64,000 bases of DNA, from NCBI RefSeq assembly GCF_009914755.1, contig NC_060933.1. One strand, 5' to 3'. Below, one piece after another: positions 15,101-28,565 of this stretch (positions are counted from its first letter, which is position 1; every line of letters begins with the position of its first letter). The position numbers and the translations under genes were made by a program. Source of the DNA: the human T2T-CHM13v2.0 reference genome, Homo sapiens. The notes under the pieces are model-generated. The model ran no database searches. It saw only the letters and a list, made by a program, of their open reading frames with translations, and had not been told where the DNA came from.

Positions 15101-16033
15101 GAATGGAATGGAATGGAATGGAATCAACTCGATTGTAATGGAATGGAATGGAATGGAATGGAATTAACCCGAATACAATGGAATGGAATGGAATGGAACG
15201 GAATGGATTGGAATGGAATGGAATCAACCCGAGTGCAGGGGAATGGAATGGAATGCAATGCAATGGAATGGAATCAACCGGAATCGAATGGAATGGAATG
15301 CAAAGCAATGGAATCAACTCGATTGCAATGGAATGGAAAGGAATGGAAAGGAATACATTGGAATCAACCCGAGTGGAATGGAATGGAAAGGACTGGAATG
15401 GAGTGGAATGGAATGGAATGGAATAGAATGGAATGGAATGGAATCAAATTGATTGGAATGGAATGGAATGGAATGGAATGGAATGGAATGGAATGGAATG
15501 GAATCGAATTAACCTGAATAGAAAGGAATGGAATGGAATGGAACGGAAGGGAATGGAATGGAATGGAATGGAATGGAATGGAATGGAATCAACCTGACTG
15601 CAGGGGAATGGAATGGAATGGAATGCAATGGAATGGATTCAACTTGAATGGAATGGAAAGAATGGAATCAACACGAGTTGAATGGCATGGATTGGAATGG
15701 AATGGAATGGAATGAACCCGAGTAAAGGGGTATGGAATGGAATGGAATGCAATGGAATGGAATCATCCGTAATGGAATGGAATGGAATGGAATGGAATGG
15801 AATGGAATGGAATGGAATGGAATGGAATCAACTCGATTGCAATCGAATGGAATGGAATGGAATTAACCCGAATAGAATGGAATAGAATGGAATGGAACGG
15901 AACGGAACGGAATGGAATGGAATGGAATGGAATGGAATGGAATTTAACGGAAAGGAATGGAATGGAATGGAATGGAATGGAATGGAATCAACGCGAGTGC
16001 AGGGGAATGGAATGGAATGGAATGCAATGGAAT

Positions 16034-16048
16034 GGAATCTTCCAGAAT
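16034..16048. promoter_or_regulatory. Heat shock element variant GGAATCTTCCAGAAT
   Basis: Matches nGAAnnTTCnnGAAn with a TTCCAGAA core. The same variant is at 46566 and, reverse-complemented, at 20603. Confidence 0.62.
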
Positions 16049-18165
16049 GGAATGGAATTGAATGGAATGGAATGGAATGGAATGGAATAAACCAAAGTGC
16101 AATGGAATGGAGTGGAATGGAATGGAATGGAATGGAACAACCCGAATGGAATGGAATGTAATGGAGACTAAGGGAGTTGAATAGAATCAATCCGAATGTA
16201 ATGGAATGGAATGGAACGGTATGGAATTGAATGGAATGGAATGGAATGGAATGCAATGGAATGAAATGGAATGGAATGGAATGGAATCAATCATTCCGAG
16301 TGGAATGGAAGGGAATGTAATGGAGTGGAAAGAAGGGAATGGAATCAACCCGATTGGAATGCAAGGCAATGGAATGGGATGGAAAGGAATGGAATGGAAT
16401 CAACTCGATTGCAATAGAATGGAATGCAATGGAATGGAACGGAATGGAATGGAATAGAAGGTAATGGAATCAACACGAGTGCAGCGGAATGGAATGGAAT
16501 GGAATGCAATGGAATGGAATCATCCGGAATCGAATGGAATGGAATGGAATCAACTCCATTGCAATGGAATGGAATGGAATGGAATGGAATAGAATGGAAA
16601 GGAATTAACCCGAATAGAATGGAATGCAATAGAATGGAATGGAACGGAACCGAATGGAGTGTAATGGAATGGAATGGAATCAACCTGAGTGCAGGGGAAT
16701 GGAATGGAATAGAATGCAATGGAATGGAATCATCCGGAATGGAATGGAATGGAATGGAATGGAATCAAACCGAGTGCAATGGAATGGAGTGAAATGGAAT
16801 GGAATGGAATGGAAACAACCAGAATGGATTGGAATATAATGGAGTGTTAGGGAATTGAATAGAATCAATCTGAATGTAATGAAATGGAATGGAACGGAAT
16901 GGAATGGAATGGAATGGAATCGAATGGAATGGAATGGAATGGAATCAACCCGAGTGGAATGGCATGGAATGGAATGCAATGGAATGGAATGGAATGGAAT
17001 GGAATAGTTCGGAATAGAATGGATTGGAACAAAATGGAATGGAATGGAATGGAATGGAATGGAATGGAATAGAATGGAATGGAATGGAATCAAGTCGATT
17101 GCAGTGGAATAGAATGGAATGGAATGGAACGGATTGGAATGGAATGGAATGGAATGGAATGGAATTAAACGGAATGGAAAGGAATGGAATCAACTCGAGT
17201 GGAAAGGAATGGAATGGAATGGAAAGGAATGGAATGAAATCAACTCGAGTGGAATGGAATGGAATGGAATGGAAAGGAATGGAATGGAATGGAATGGAAT
17301 GGAATGGAATGGAATGGAATGGAATCAACCCGAGTGGAATGGCATGGAATGGAATGCAAAGGAATGGAATGGAATGGAATCAACTCGAGTGGAAAGGAAT
17401 GGAATGGAATGGAAAGGAATGGAATGAAATCAACTCGAGTGGAATGGAATGGAATGGAATGGAAAGGAATGGAATGGAATCAACTCGATTGCAATCGCAT
17501 GGAATGGAATGGAATGGAATGGAAAGGAATGGAATGGAATGAAATGGGATGGAATGGAATGCAATGGAATGGAATCAACCCGAGTGCAATCGAATGGAAT
17601 CGAATGGAATTAACCCGAATAGAATGGAATGGAATGGAATGGAACGGAACGGAACGGAATGGAATGGAATGGAATGGAATGGAATGGAACGGAAAGGAAT
17701 GGAATGGAATGGAAGGGAATGGAATGGAATGGAATGGAATGGAATCAACGCGAGTGCAGGGGAATGGAATGTAATGGAATGTAATGGAATGGAATCTTCC
17801 GGAATGGAATGGAATGGAATGGAATCAACCCGAGTGCAATGGAATGGAGTGGAATGGAATGGAATGGAATGGAACAACCTGAATGGAATCGAATGTAATG
17901 GAGAGTAAGGGAGTTGAACAGATTCAATCCGAATGTAATGGAATGGAATGGAACGGAATGGAATTGAATGGAATGGAATGGAATGCAATGGAATGGAATC
18001 AACCCGAGTGCAATGGAATGGAGAGGAAGGGAATGGAATGGAGTGGAAACTACCCGAATGGAATGGAATGTAATGGAGTGTAAGGGAATTGAATAGAATC
18101 AATCCGAATGTAATGGAATGGAATGGAACGGAATGGAATGGAATGGAATTGAATGAAAAGAAGGG

Positions 18166-18193
18166 AATGGAATCAACCCGAGTTGATTCCATT
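18166..18193. other. Left inversion junction; 28-bp quasi-palindrome
   Basis: AATGGAATCAAC-CCGA-GTTGATTCCATT has perfect 12-bp arms around a central CpG (18179-18180) with one mismatched pair. Confidence 0.95.
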
Positions 18194-21100
18194 GCTTTGC
18201 ATTCCGTTCCATTCCATTCCTTTTCATTGTATTCGGGTTAATTCCATTGCATTCCATTCCATTCCTTTCCATTCCATTCCATTCCATTACAATGGAGTTG
18301 ATTCCATTCCATTCCATTCCATTCCATTCCATTCCATTCCATTCCATTCCAGTCCTTTCCATTCCATTCCACTCGGGTTGATTCCATTCTATTAGTTTCC
18401 ATTCCATTCCATTCCCTTCCATTGCACTCTGGTTGTTTCCATTCCTTTCCATTTCACTCGAATACATTCCCTCCTATTCCACTCGGAACGATTCCATTCC
18501 ATTCCATTCCATTCCATTCCATTCCATTCCATTCCATTCCATTCCATTCCATTTCGTTCCATTCCATTCTATTCCGTACCATTCCATTCCATTCGATTCC
18601 ATTCCACTCGTGTTGATTATATTCCTTTCCATTCCATTCAGTTTGAAGGCATTCCATTCCATTCAATTCCATTCCATTCCATTCCATTCCATTCCATTCC
18701 ATTCCATTCCATTGTACTCGGGTTGATTCCATTCCATTGCATTCTATTGCATTCCATTCCATTCCATTCCATTCCATTCCATTCCATTCCATTCCATTCT
18801 GGATGATTCCATTCCATTGCATTCCATTCCATTCCATTCCCCTGCACTCGGGTTGATTACATTCCATTCCCTTCCCTTCCATTCCTTTCCATTCCATTCC
18901 ATTCCATTCTATTCGGGTGAATTCCATTCCATTCCATTCCATTCCATTCCATTCCATTGCAATCGAGTTGATTCCATTACATTCCATTCCATTCCGTTCC
19001 GGATGATTCCATTCCGTTGCATTTCATTCCATTCCATTCCCCTGCAGTCGGTTTGATTCCTTTCCATTCCATTCCATTCCATTCCATTCTATTCCATTCC
19101 GTTCCATTCCATTCCATTCCATTCTATTCGGGTTAATTCCATTCCATTCCTTTCCATTCCATTCCAATCGAGTTAATACCATTCCATGGCATTCCATTCC
19201 ACTCCATTCCAGTCCTTTCCATTCCATTCCACTCGGGTTGATTCCATTCTATTCCTTTCCATTCCATTCCATTGCAATCGAGTTGATTCCATTGCATTGC
19301 ATTCCATTCCATTCCATTCCATTCCGGATGATTCCATTCCATTGCATTCCATTCCATTCCATTCCCATGCACTCGGGTTGATTCCATTCCATTCCACTCC
19401 ATTCCGTTCCATTGCATTCCATTCCATTGTATTCGGGTTAATTCCATTCCATTCCATTACATTCCATTCCATTCCATTCCATTACAATCGAGTTGATTCC
19501 ATTCCATTCAATTCCATTCCATTCCATTCCATTCCATTCCATTCCTTTCCATTCCATTCCACTCGGGTTGATTCCATTCTATTAGTTTCCATTCCATTCC
19601 ATTCCATTCCATTCCACTCTGGTTGATTCCATTCCTTTCCATTCCACTCGAATACATTCCCTCCTATTCCCTCGGAACAATTCCATTCCATTCCATTGCA
19701 TTCTATTCCATTCCATTTCGTTCCATTCCATTCTATTCCATACCATTCCATTCCATTCCATTCCACTCGTGTTGATTCCATTCCTTTCCATTCCATTCGG
19801 TTTGAAGCCATTCCATCCCATTCACTTCCATTCCATTCCTTTCCATTCCATTTCGGATGATGCCATTCCATTGCTTTCCATTCCATTCCATTCCCCTGTA
19901 ATCAGGTTTATTACATTCCATTCCATTGCAATCCATGCCATTCCACTCGTGTTGATTCCATTCTTTCCATTCCATTCAAGTTGAATCCATTCCATTGCAT
20001 TCCATTCCATTCGATTCCATTCGATTGCACTCGGGTTGATTCCATTCCATTCCATTCCATTCCATTCCATTCCATTCCATTCCATTCCGTTCCATTCCAT
20101 TCCATTACATTCGGATTGATTCTTTTTAACTCCCTTACTCTCCATTACATTCCATTCCAATCGGGTTCTTCCATTCCATTCCATTCCATTCCAATCCATT
20201 CCATTGCACTCGGGTTGATTCCATTCCATTGCATTCCATTCCATTCCATTCCATTCCATTCCATTCCGGATGATTCCATTCCATTGCATTCCGTTCTATT
20301 ACATTCCCCTGCAATCGCGTTGATTCCATTCCATTCCATTCCATTCCATTCGATTCCATTCCATTCCAATTCGTTCCATTCCATTCTATTCCGTACCATT
20401 CCATTCCATTCCATAGCATTTCATTCCATTCCATTCCATTCCATTCCTTTCCATTCCGTTCTATTCCGTTCCATTCCATTCCATTCCATTCCATTCTATT
20501 AGGGTTAATTCCATTCCATTCCATTCCATTCCATTCTATTCCATTCCATTGCAATCGAGTTGAATCCATTGCATTCCATTCCATTCCATTCAATTCCATT
20601 CCATTCTGGAAGATTCCATTCCATTGCATTCCTTTCCATTCCATTCCATTCCATTCCCCTGCACTCGCGTTGATTCCATTCCATTCCATTCCATTCCATG
20701 CCATTCCATTCCGTTCCATTCCGTTCCATTCCATTCCATTCCATTCCATTCCGTTCCGTTCCATTCCATTCCATTCCATTCTATTCGGGTTAATTCCATT
20801 CCATTCCATTCGATAGCAATCGAGTTCATTCCATTCCATTCCATTCCTTTCCATTCCATTACTGATGATTCCATTCCATTGTATTCCATTCCATTCCATT
20901 CTCCTGTACTCGGGTTGATTCCATTCCATTCCATTCCATTCCATGCGATTCCACTCGTGTTGATTCCATTCTTTCCATTCCATTCAAGTTGAATCCATTC
21001 CATTGCATTCCATTCCATTCGATTCCATTCGATTGCACTCGGGTTGATTCCATTACATTGCATTCCATTCCATTCCATTCCATTCCATTCCATTCCATTG

Positions 21101-24100
21101 TACTCGGGTTGATTCCATTCCATTGCATTCCATTCCATTCCATTCCGTTCCATTCCATTCCATTACATTCGGGTTGATTCTATTCAACTCCCTTACTCTC
21201 CATTACATTCCATTCCATTCGTGCTGTCCCATTCCATTCCATTCCACTCCATTACATTGCACTCGGGTTGATTCCATTCCATTCCATTCCATTCCATTCC
21301 ATTCCGGATGATTCCATTCCATTGCATTCCGTTCCATTACATTCGCCTGCACTCGGGTTGATTCCATTCCATTCCATTCCATTCCATATCATTCCATTCG
21401 ATTCCATTCCATTCCAATTCTTTCCATTCCATTCTATTCCGTACCATTCCATTCCATTCCATACAATTCCATTCCATTCCATTTCTTTCCATTCCATTCC
21501 ATTCCGTTCCGTTCCGTTCCGTTCCGTTCCATTCCATTCCATTCCATTCTATTCGGGTTAATTCCATTCCATTTCATTCCATTCTATTCCACTCCATTGC
21601 AATCGAGTTGAATCCATTGCATTCCATTCCATTCCATTCCAATCCATTCCGGAAGATTCCATTCCATTGCATTCCATTCCATTCCATTCCCCTGCACTCG
21701 CATTGAATCCATTCCATTCCATTCCATTCCATTCCATTCCATTCCTTTCCGTTCCATTGCATTCCATTCCATTCCATTCCCTTCCATTCCGTTCCGTTCC
21801 ATTCCATTCCATTCCATTCTATTGGGGTTAATTCCATTCCATTCCATTCGATTACAATCGAGTTGATTCCATTCCATTCCATTCCATTCCATTCCATTCC
21901 ATTCCATTCCTTTCCATTCCATTACGGATGATTCCATTCCATTGCATTCCATTCCATTCCATTCCCCTGTACTCGGGTTGACTCCATTCCATTCCATTCC
22001 AATCCATGCCATTCCACTCGTGTTGATTCCATTCTTTCCATTCCATTCAAGTTGAATCCATTCCATTGCATTCCATTCCATTCGATTCCATTCGATTGCA
22101 CTCGGGTTGATTCCATTCCATTGCATTCCATTCCATTCCATTCCATTCCATTCCGTTCCATTCCATTTCATTACATTCAGATTGATTCTATTCAATTCCC
22201 TTACACTCCATTATATTCCAATCCATTCTGGTTGTTTCCATTCCATTCCATTCCATTTCACTCGTGTTGATTCCATTCCTTTCCATTCCATTCGGATTGA
22301 AGCCATTCCATTCCATTCAATTCCACTCCATTCCATTCCATTCCATTCCATTCCATTCCATTCCATTCCATTCCATTGTACTCGGGTTGATTCCATTCCA
22401 TTGCATTCCATTCCATTCCATTCCATTCTGTTCCATTCCATTCCATTACATTCGGATTTATTCTATTCAACTCCGTTACTCTCCATTACATTCCATTCCA
22501 TTCGGGTTGTTCCATTCCATTCCATTCCATTCCACTCCATTCCATTGCACTCGGGTTGATTCCATTCCATTCCATTCCATTCCATTCCATTCCATTCCGG
22601 ATGATTCCATTCCATTGCATTCCGTTCCATTACATTCCCCTGCACTCGCGTTGATTCCATTCCATTCCATTCCATTCCATACCATTCCATTCCATTCCAT
22701 TCCATTCCATTCCATTCCATTCCTTTCCATTCCATTACGGATGATTCCATTCCATTGCATTCCATTCCATTCCATTCCCCTGTACTTGGGTTGATTCCAT
22801 TCCATTCCATTCCAATCCATGCCATTCCACTCGTGTTGATTCCATTCTTTCCATTCCATTCAAGTTGAATCCATTCCATTGCATTCCATTCCATTCGATT
22901 CCATTCGATTGCACTCGGGTTGATTCCATTCCATTGCATTCCATTCCATTCCATTCCATTCCATTCCATTCCATTCCATTCTATTTCGTTCCATTCCATT
23001 CCATTACATTCGGATTGATTCTTTTCAACTCCCTTACTCTCCATTACATTCCATTCCATTCGGTTTGTTCCATTCCATTCCATTCCATTCCACTCCATTC
23101 CATTGCACTCGGGTTGATTCCATTCCATTCCATTCCATTCCATTCCATTCCATTCCATTCCATTCCCCTGCACTCGCGTTGATTCCATTCCATTCCATTC
23201 CATTCCATTCCATTGCTTTCCGTTCCATTCCATTCCATTCCATTCAATTCCGTTCCGTTCCATTCCATTCCATTCCATTCTATTCGGGTTAATTCCATTC
23301 CATTCCATTCGATTGCAATCGAGTTGATTCCATTCTATTCCATTCCATTCCATTCCATTCCATTCCATTCCTTTCCATTCCATTCCGGATGATTCCATTC
23401 CATTGCATTGCGTTCCATTATATTCCCCTGCACTCGGGTTGATTCCATTCCATTCCATTCCATTCCATTCCATTCCATTCCATTCCAATTCTTTCCTTTC
23501 CATTCTATTCCATACCATTCCATTCCATTCCATACCATTCCATTCCATTCCATTCCATTGCATTCCATTCCATTCCATTCCATTGCATTCCGTTCCATTC
23601 CGTTCCATTCCATTCCATTCCATTCGGATTCATTCTATTCAATTCCCTTACACTCCATTACATTACATTCCAATCGGGTAGTTTCCATTCCATTCCATTC
23701 CATTCTTCTCCATTCCATTGCACTCGGGTTGATTCCATTCAATTCCATTCCATTCCATTCCATTCCATTCCATTCCGGATGATTCCATTCCATTGCATTC
23801 CATTCCATTCCATTCCCCTGCACTCGGGTTGATTCCATTCCATGCCATTCCATTCCATTGCATTCCGTTCCATTCCATTCCATTCCATTCGGATTGATTC
23901 TATTCAATTCCCTTACACTCCATTACATTCCATTCCATTCGGGTAGTTTCCATTCCATTCCATTCCATTCCTCTCCATTCCATTGCATTCGGGTTGATTC
24001 CATTCAATTCCATTCCATTATATTCCATTCCATTCCATTCCATTGTACTCGGGTTGATTCCATTCCATTGCATTCCATTCCATTCCATTCCATTCCATTC

Positions 24101-27100
24101 CATACCGTTCCATTCCATTACTTTCGGATTGATTCTATTCAACTCCCTTACTCTCCATTACATTACATTCCATTCGGGTTGTTCCATTCCATTCCATTCC
24201 ATTCCACTGCATTCCATTGCACTCGGGTTGATTCCATTCCATTCCATTCCATTCCATTCCATTCCATTCCATTCCATTCCGGATGATTCCATTCCATTGC
24301 ATTCCGTTCCATTACATTCCCCTGCACTCGGGTTGATTCCATTCCATTCCATTCCATTCCATTCCATTCCATTCCATTCCATTCCATTCTATTCCGTACC
24401 ATTCCATTCCATTCCATACAATTCCATTCCATTCCATTCCATTCCATTCCATTCCATTCCATTCCATTCCGTTCCGTTCCGTTCCGTTCCATTCCATTCC
24501 ATTCCATTCTATTCGGGTTAATTCCATTCCATTCCATTCCATTACATTCTATTCCATTCCATTGCAATCGAGTTGAATCCATTGCATTCCATTCCATTCC
24601 ATTCCATTCCATTCCATTCCATTCCATTCCGGAAGATTCCATTCCATTGCATTCCATTCCATTCCATTCCCCTGCACTCGCGTTGATTCCATTCCATTCC
24701 ATTCCATTCCATTCCATTCCATTCCATTCCTTTCCGTTCCATTCCATTCCATTCCATTCCGTTCCGTTCCGTTCCGTTCCGTTCCATTCCATTCCATTCC
24801 ATTCGATTCCATTCCATTCCAATTATTTCCATTCCATTCTATTCCGTACCATTCCATTCCATTCCATACAATTCCATTCCATTCCGTTCCATTCCATTCC
24901 ATTCCGTTCCGTTCCGTTCCGTTCCGTTCCATTCCATTCCATTCCAATCTATTCGGGTTAATTCCATTCCATTCCATTCCATTCCATTCTATTCCATTCT
25001 ATTGCAATCGAGTTGAATCCATTGCATTCCATTCAATTCCACTCCATTCCATTCCATTCCATTCCATTCCATTCCATTCCATTCCATTCCATTGTACTCG
25101 GATTGATTCCATTCCATTCCATTCCATTCCATTCCATTCCATTCCATTCCATTCCATTCCATTCCGTTGCATTCCATTCCATTACATTCGGATTGATTCT
25201 ATTCAACTCCCTTACTCTCCATTACATTCCATTCCATTCGGGTTGTTCCATTCCATTCCATTCCATTCCACTCCATTCCATTGCACTCGGGTTGATTCCA
25301 TTCAATTCCATTCCATTCCATTCCGGATGATTCCATTCCATTGCATTCCGATCCATTACATTCCCCTGCAGTCGCGTTGATTCCATTCCATTCCATTCCA
25401 TTCCATTCAATTCCATTCCATTACAATTCGTTCCATTCCATTCTATTCCGTAGCATTCCATTCCATTCCATACCATTCCATTCCATTCCATTCCATTCCA
25501 TTCCATTCCCTTCCATTCCGTTCCATTCCATTACATTCCATTCTATTCGGTTTAATTCCATTCCATTCCATTCTATTCCATTCCATTGCAATCGAGTTGA
25601 ATCCATTGCATTTCATTCCATTCCATTCCATTCCATTCCGGAAGATTCCATTCCATTGCATTCCATTCCATTCCATTTCCCTGCACTCGCGTTGATTCCA
25701 TTCCATTCCATTCCAATCCGTGCCATTCCACTCGTGTTGATTCCATTCTTTCCATTCCATTCAAGTTGAATCCATTCCATTGCATTGCATTCCATTCGAT
25801 TCCATTCGATTGCACTCGGGTTGATTCCATTCCATTCCATTCCTTTCCATTCCATTCCATTCCATTCCGTTCCATTCCATTCCATTACATTCGGATTGAT
25901 TCTATTCAATTCCCTTACACTCCAGTACATTCCATTCCATTCGGGTAGTTTCCATTCGATTCCATTCCATTCCTCTCCATTCCATTGCACTCGGGTTGAT
26001 TCCATTCCATTGCATTCCATTCCATTCCATTCAATTCCATTCCGTTCCATTCCATTCCATTACATTCGGAATGATTCTATTCAACTCAGTTACTCTCCAT
26101 TACATTCCATTCCATTCGGGTTGTTCCATTCCATTCCATTCCATTCCACTCCATTCCATTGCACTCGGGTTGATTCCATTCCATTCCATTCCATTCCATT
26201 CCGGAAGATTCCATTCCATTGCATTCCATTACATTCCATTCCCCTGCACTCGCGTTGATTCCATTCCATTCCATTCCATTCCATTCCGTTCCATTCCATT
26301 CCTTTCCGTTCCATTCCATTCCATTCCATTCCATTCCATTCCATTCCGTTCCGTTCCGTTCCGTTCCATTCCATTCCATTCCATTCTATTCGGGTTAATT
26401 CCTTTCCATTCCATTCGATTGCAATCGAGTTGATTCCATTCCATTCCATTCCATTCCATTCCATTGCATTCCGGAAGATTCCATTGCATTGCATTCCATT
26501 CCATTCCATTCCCCTGCACTCGCGTTGATTCCATTCCATTCCATTCCATTCCATTCCATTCCATTCCATTCCGTTCTGTTCCGTTCCATTCCATTCCGTT
26601 CCATTCCATTCCGTTCCGTTCCGTTCCATTCCATTCCATTCCATTCTATTCGGGTTAATTCCATTCCATTCCATTCCATTGCAATCGAGTTGATTCCATT
26701 CCATTCCATTCCATTCCATTCCATTCCATTCCATTCCATTCCTTTCCATTCCATTACGGATGATTCCATTCCATTGCATTCCATTCCATTCCATTCCCCT
26801 GTACTCGGGTTGATTCCATTCCATTCCATTCCAATCCATGCCATTCCACTCGTGTTGATTCCTTTCTTTCCATTCCATTCAAGTTGAATCCATTCCATTG
26901 CATTCCATTCCATTCCATTCCCCTTCAGTCGGGTTGATTCCATTCCATTCCATTCCATTCCATTCCATTCCATTCCATTCCAATCGAGTTGATTCCATTC
27001 CATTCCATTCCATTCCATTCCATTCCACTCCATTCCAGTCCTTTCCATTCCATTCCACTCGGGTTGATTCCAATGTATTCCTTTCCATTCCATTCCATTC

Positions 27101-28565
27101 CATTGCAATCGAGTTGATTCCATTGCTTTGCAATCCATTCCATTCCATTCCATTCCGGATGATTTCATTCCATTGCATTGCATTTCATTCCATTCCTCTG
27201 CACTCGGGTTGATTCCATTCCATTCCACTCCATTCAATTCCATTCCATTCCATTCCGTTGTATTCGGGTTAATTCCATTCCATTCCATTCCATTCCATTC
27301 CATTCCATTCCATTCGAATCCATTACAATCGTGTTGATTCCATTCCATTCCATTCCATTCCATTCCATTCCATTCCAGTCCTTTCCATTCCATTCCACTC
27401 GGGTTGATTCTATTCTATTAGTTTCCATTCCATTCCATTCCCCTCCATTCCACTCTGGTTGATTCCATTCCTTTCCATTCCACTCGAATACATTCCCTCC
27501 TATTCCACTCGGAACGATTCTATTCCATTCCATTCCATTCCATTCCATTCCATTCCATTTCGTTCCATTCCATTCTATTCCGTACCATTCCATTCCATTC
27601 CATTCCTTTCCATTCCATTCCATTCCACTCGTGTTGATTCCATTCCTTTCCATTCCATTCGGTTTGAAAGCATTCCATTCCATTCAATTCCACTCCATTC
27701 CATTCCTTTCCATTCCATTCCATTCCATTCCATTCCATTCCATTGAACTCGGGTTGATTCCATTCCATTGCATTCCATTCCATTCCATTCCATTCCATTC
27801 CATTCCATTCCATTATATTCCATTCCATTCCGTTGCATTCCATTCCATTACATTCGGATTGATTCTATTCAACTCCCTTACTCTCCATTACATTCCATTC
27901 CATTCGGGTTGTTCCATTCCATTCCATTCCATTCCACTCCATTCCATTGCACTCGGGTTGATTCCATTCCATTCCATTCCATTCCATTCCGGATGATTCC
28001 ATTCCATTGCATTCCGTTCCATTACATTCCCTTGCACTCGCGTTGATTCCATTCCATTCCATTCCATTCCATTCAATTCCATTCCATTACAATTCGTTCC
28101 ATTCCATTCTATTCCGTACCATTCCATTCCATTCCATACCATTCCATTCCATTCCATTCCATTCCATTCCGTTCCATTCCTTTCCATTCCATTCCATTCC
28201 ATTCTATTCGGGTTAATTCCATTCCATTCCATTCCATTCCATTCTATTCCATTCCATTGCAATCGAGTTGAATCCATTGCATTTCATTCCATTCCATTCC
28301 ATTCCATTCCGGAAGATTCCATTCCATTGCATTCCATTCCATTCCATTCCCCTGCACTCGCGTTGATTCCATTCCATTCCATTCCATTCCATTCCGTTCC
28401 GTTCCGTTCCGTTCCATTCCATTCCATTCCATTCCATTCCGTTCCGTTCCATTCCATTCCATTCCATTCTATTTGGGTTAATTCCATTCCATTCCATTCG
28501 ATTGCAATCGAGTTGATTCCATTCCATTCCATTCCATTCCATTCCATTCCTTTCCATTCCATTAC
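18181..28565 (-). repeat. HSat3 block 2, inverted (~10.4 kb), ATTCC on + and G-rich strand on -
   Basis: The sequence switches to (ATTCC)n with reverse-complement words (ACTCGGGTTG, AATCGAGTTG, CTCCCTTAC) at about 18181 and switches back at about 28565. Confidence 0.98.

Larger units (their letters stand above)
1..18181 (+). repeat. HSat3 block 1, G-rich (GGAAT) strand on +
   Basis: Continuous GGAAT orientation up to ...GGAATCAACCCGAGT ending at 18183. Confidence 0.97.

Noticed and set aside
18100-18260. Fold-back sequencing chimera as the cause of the inversion
   Set aside because: Mirror symmetry stops after 14 bp per arm and the flanks contain different modules. A fold-back read would mirror for kilobases. 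Read-level confirmation is still needed.
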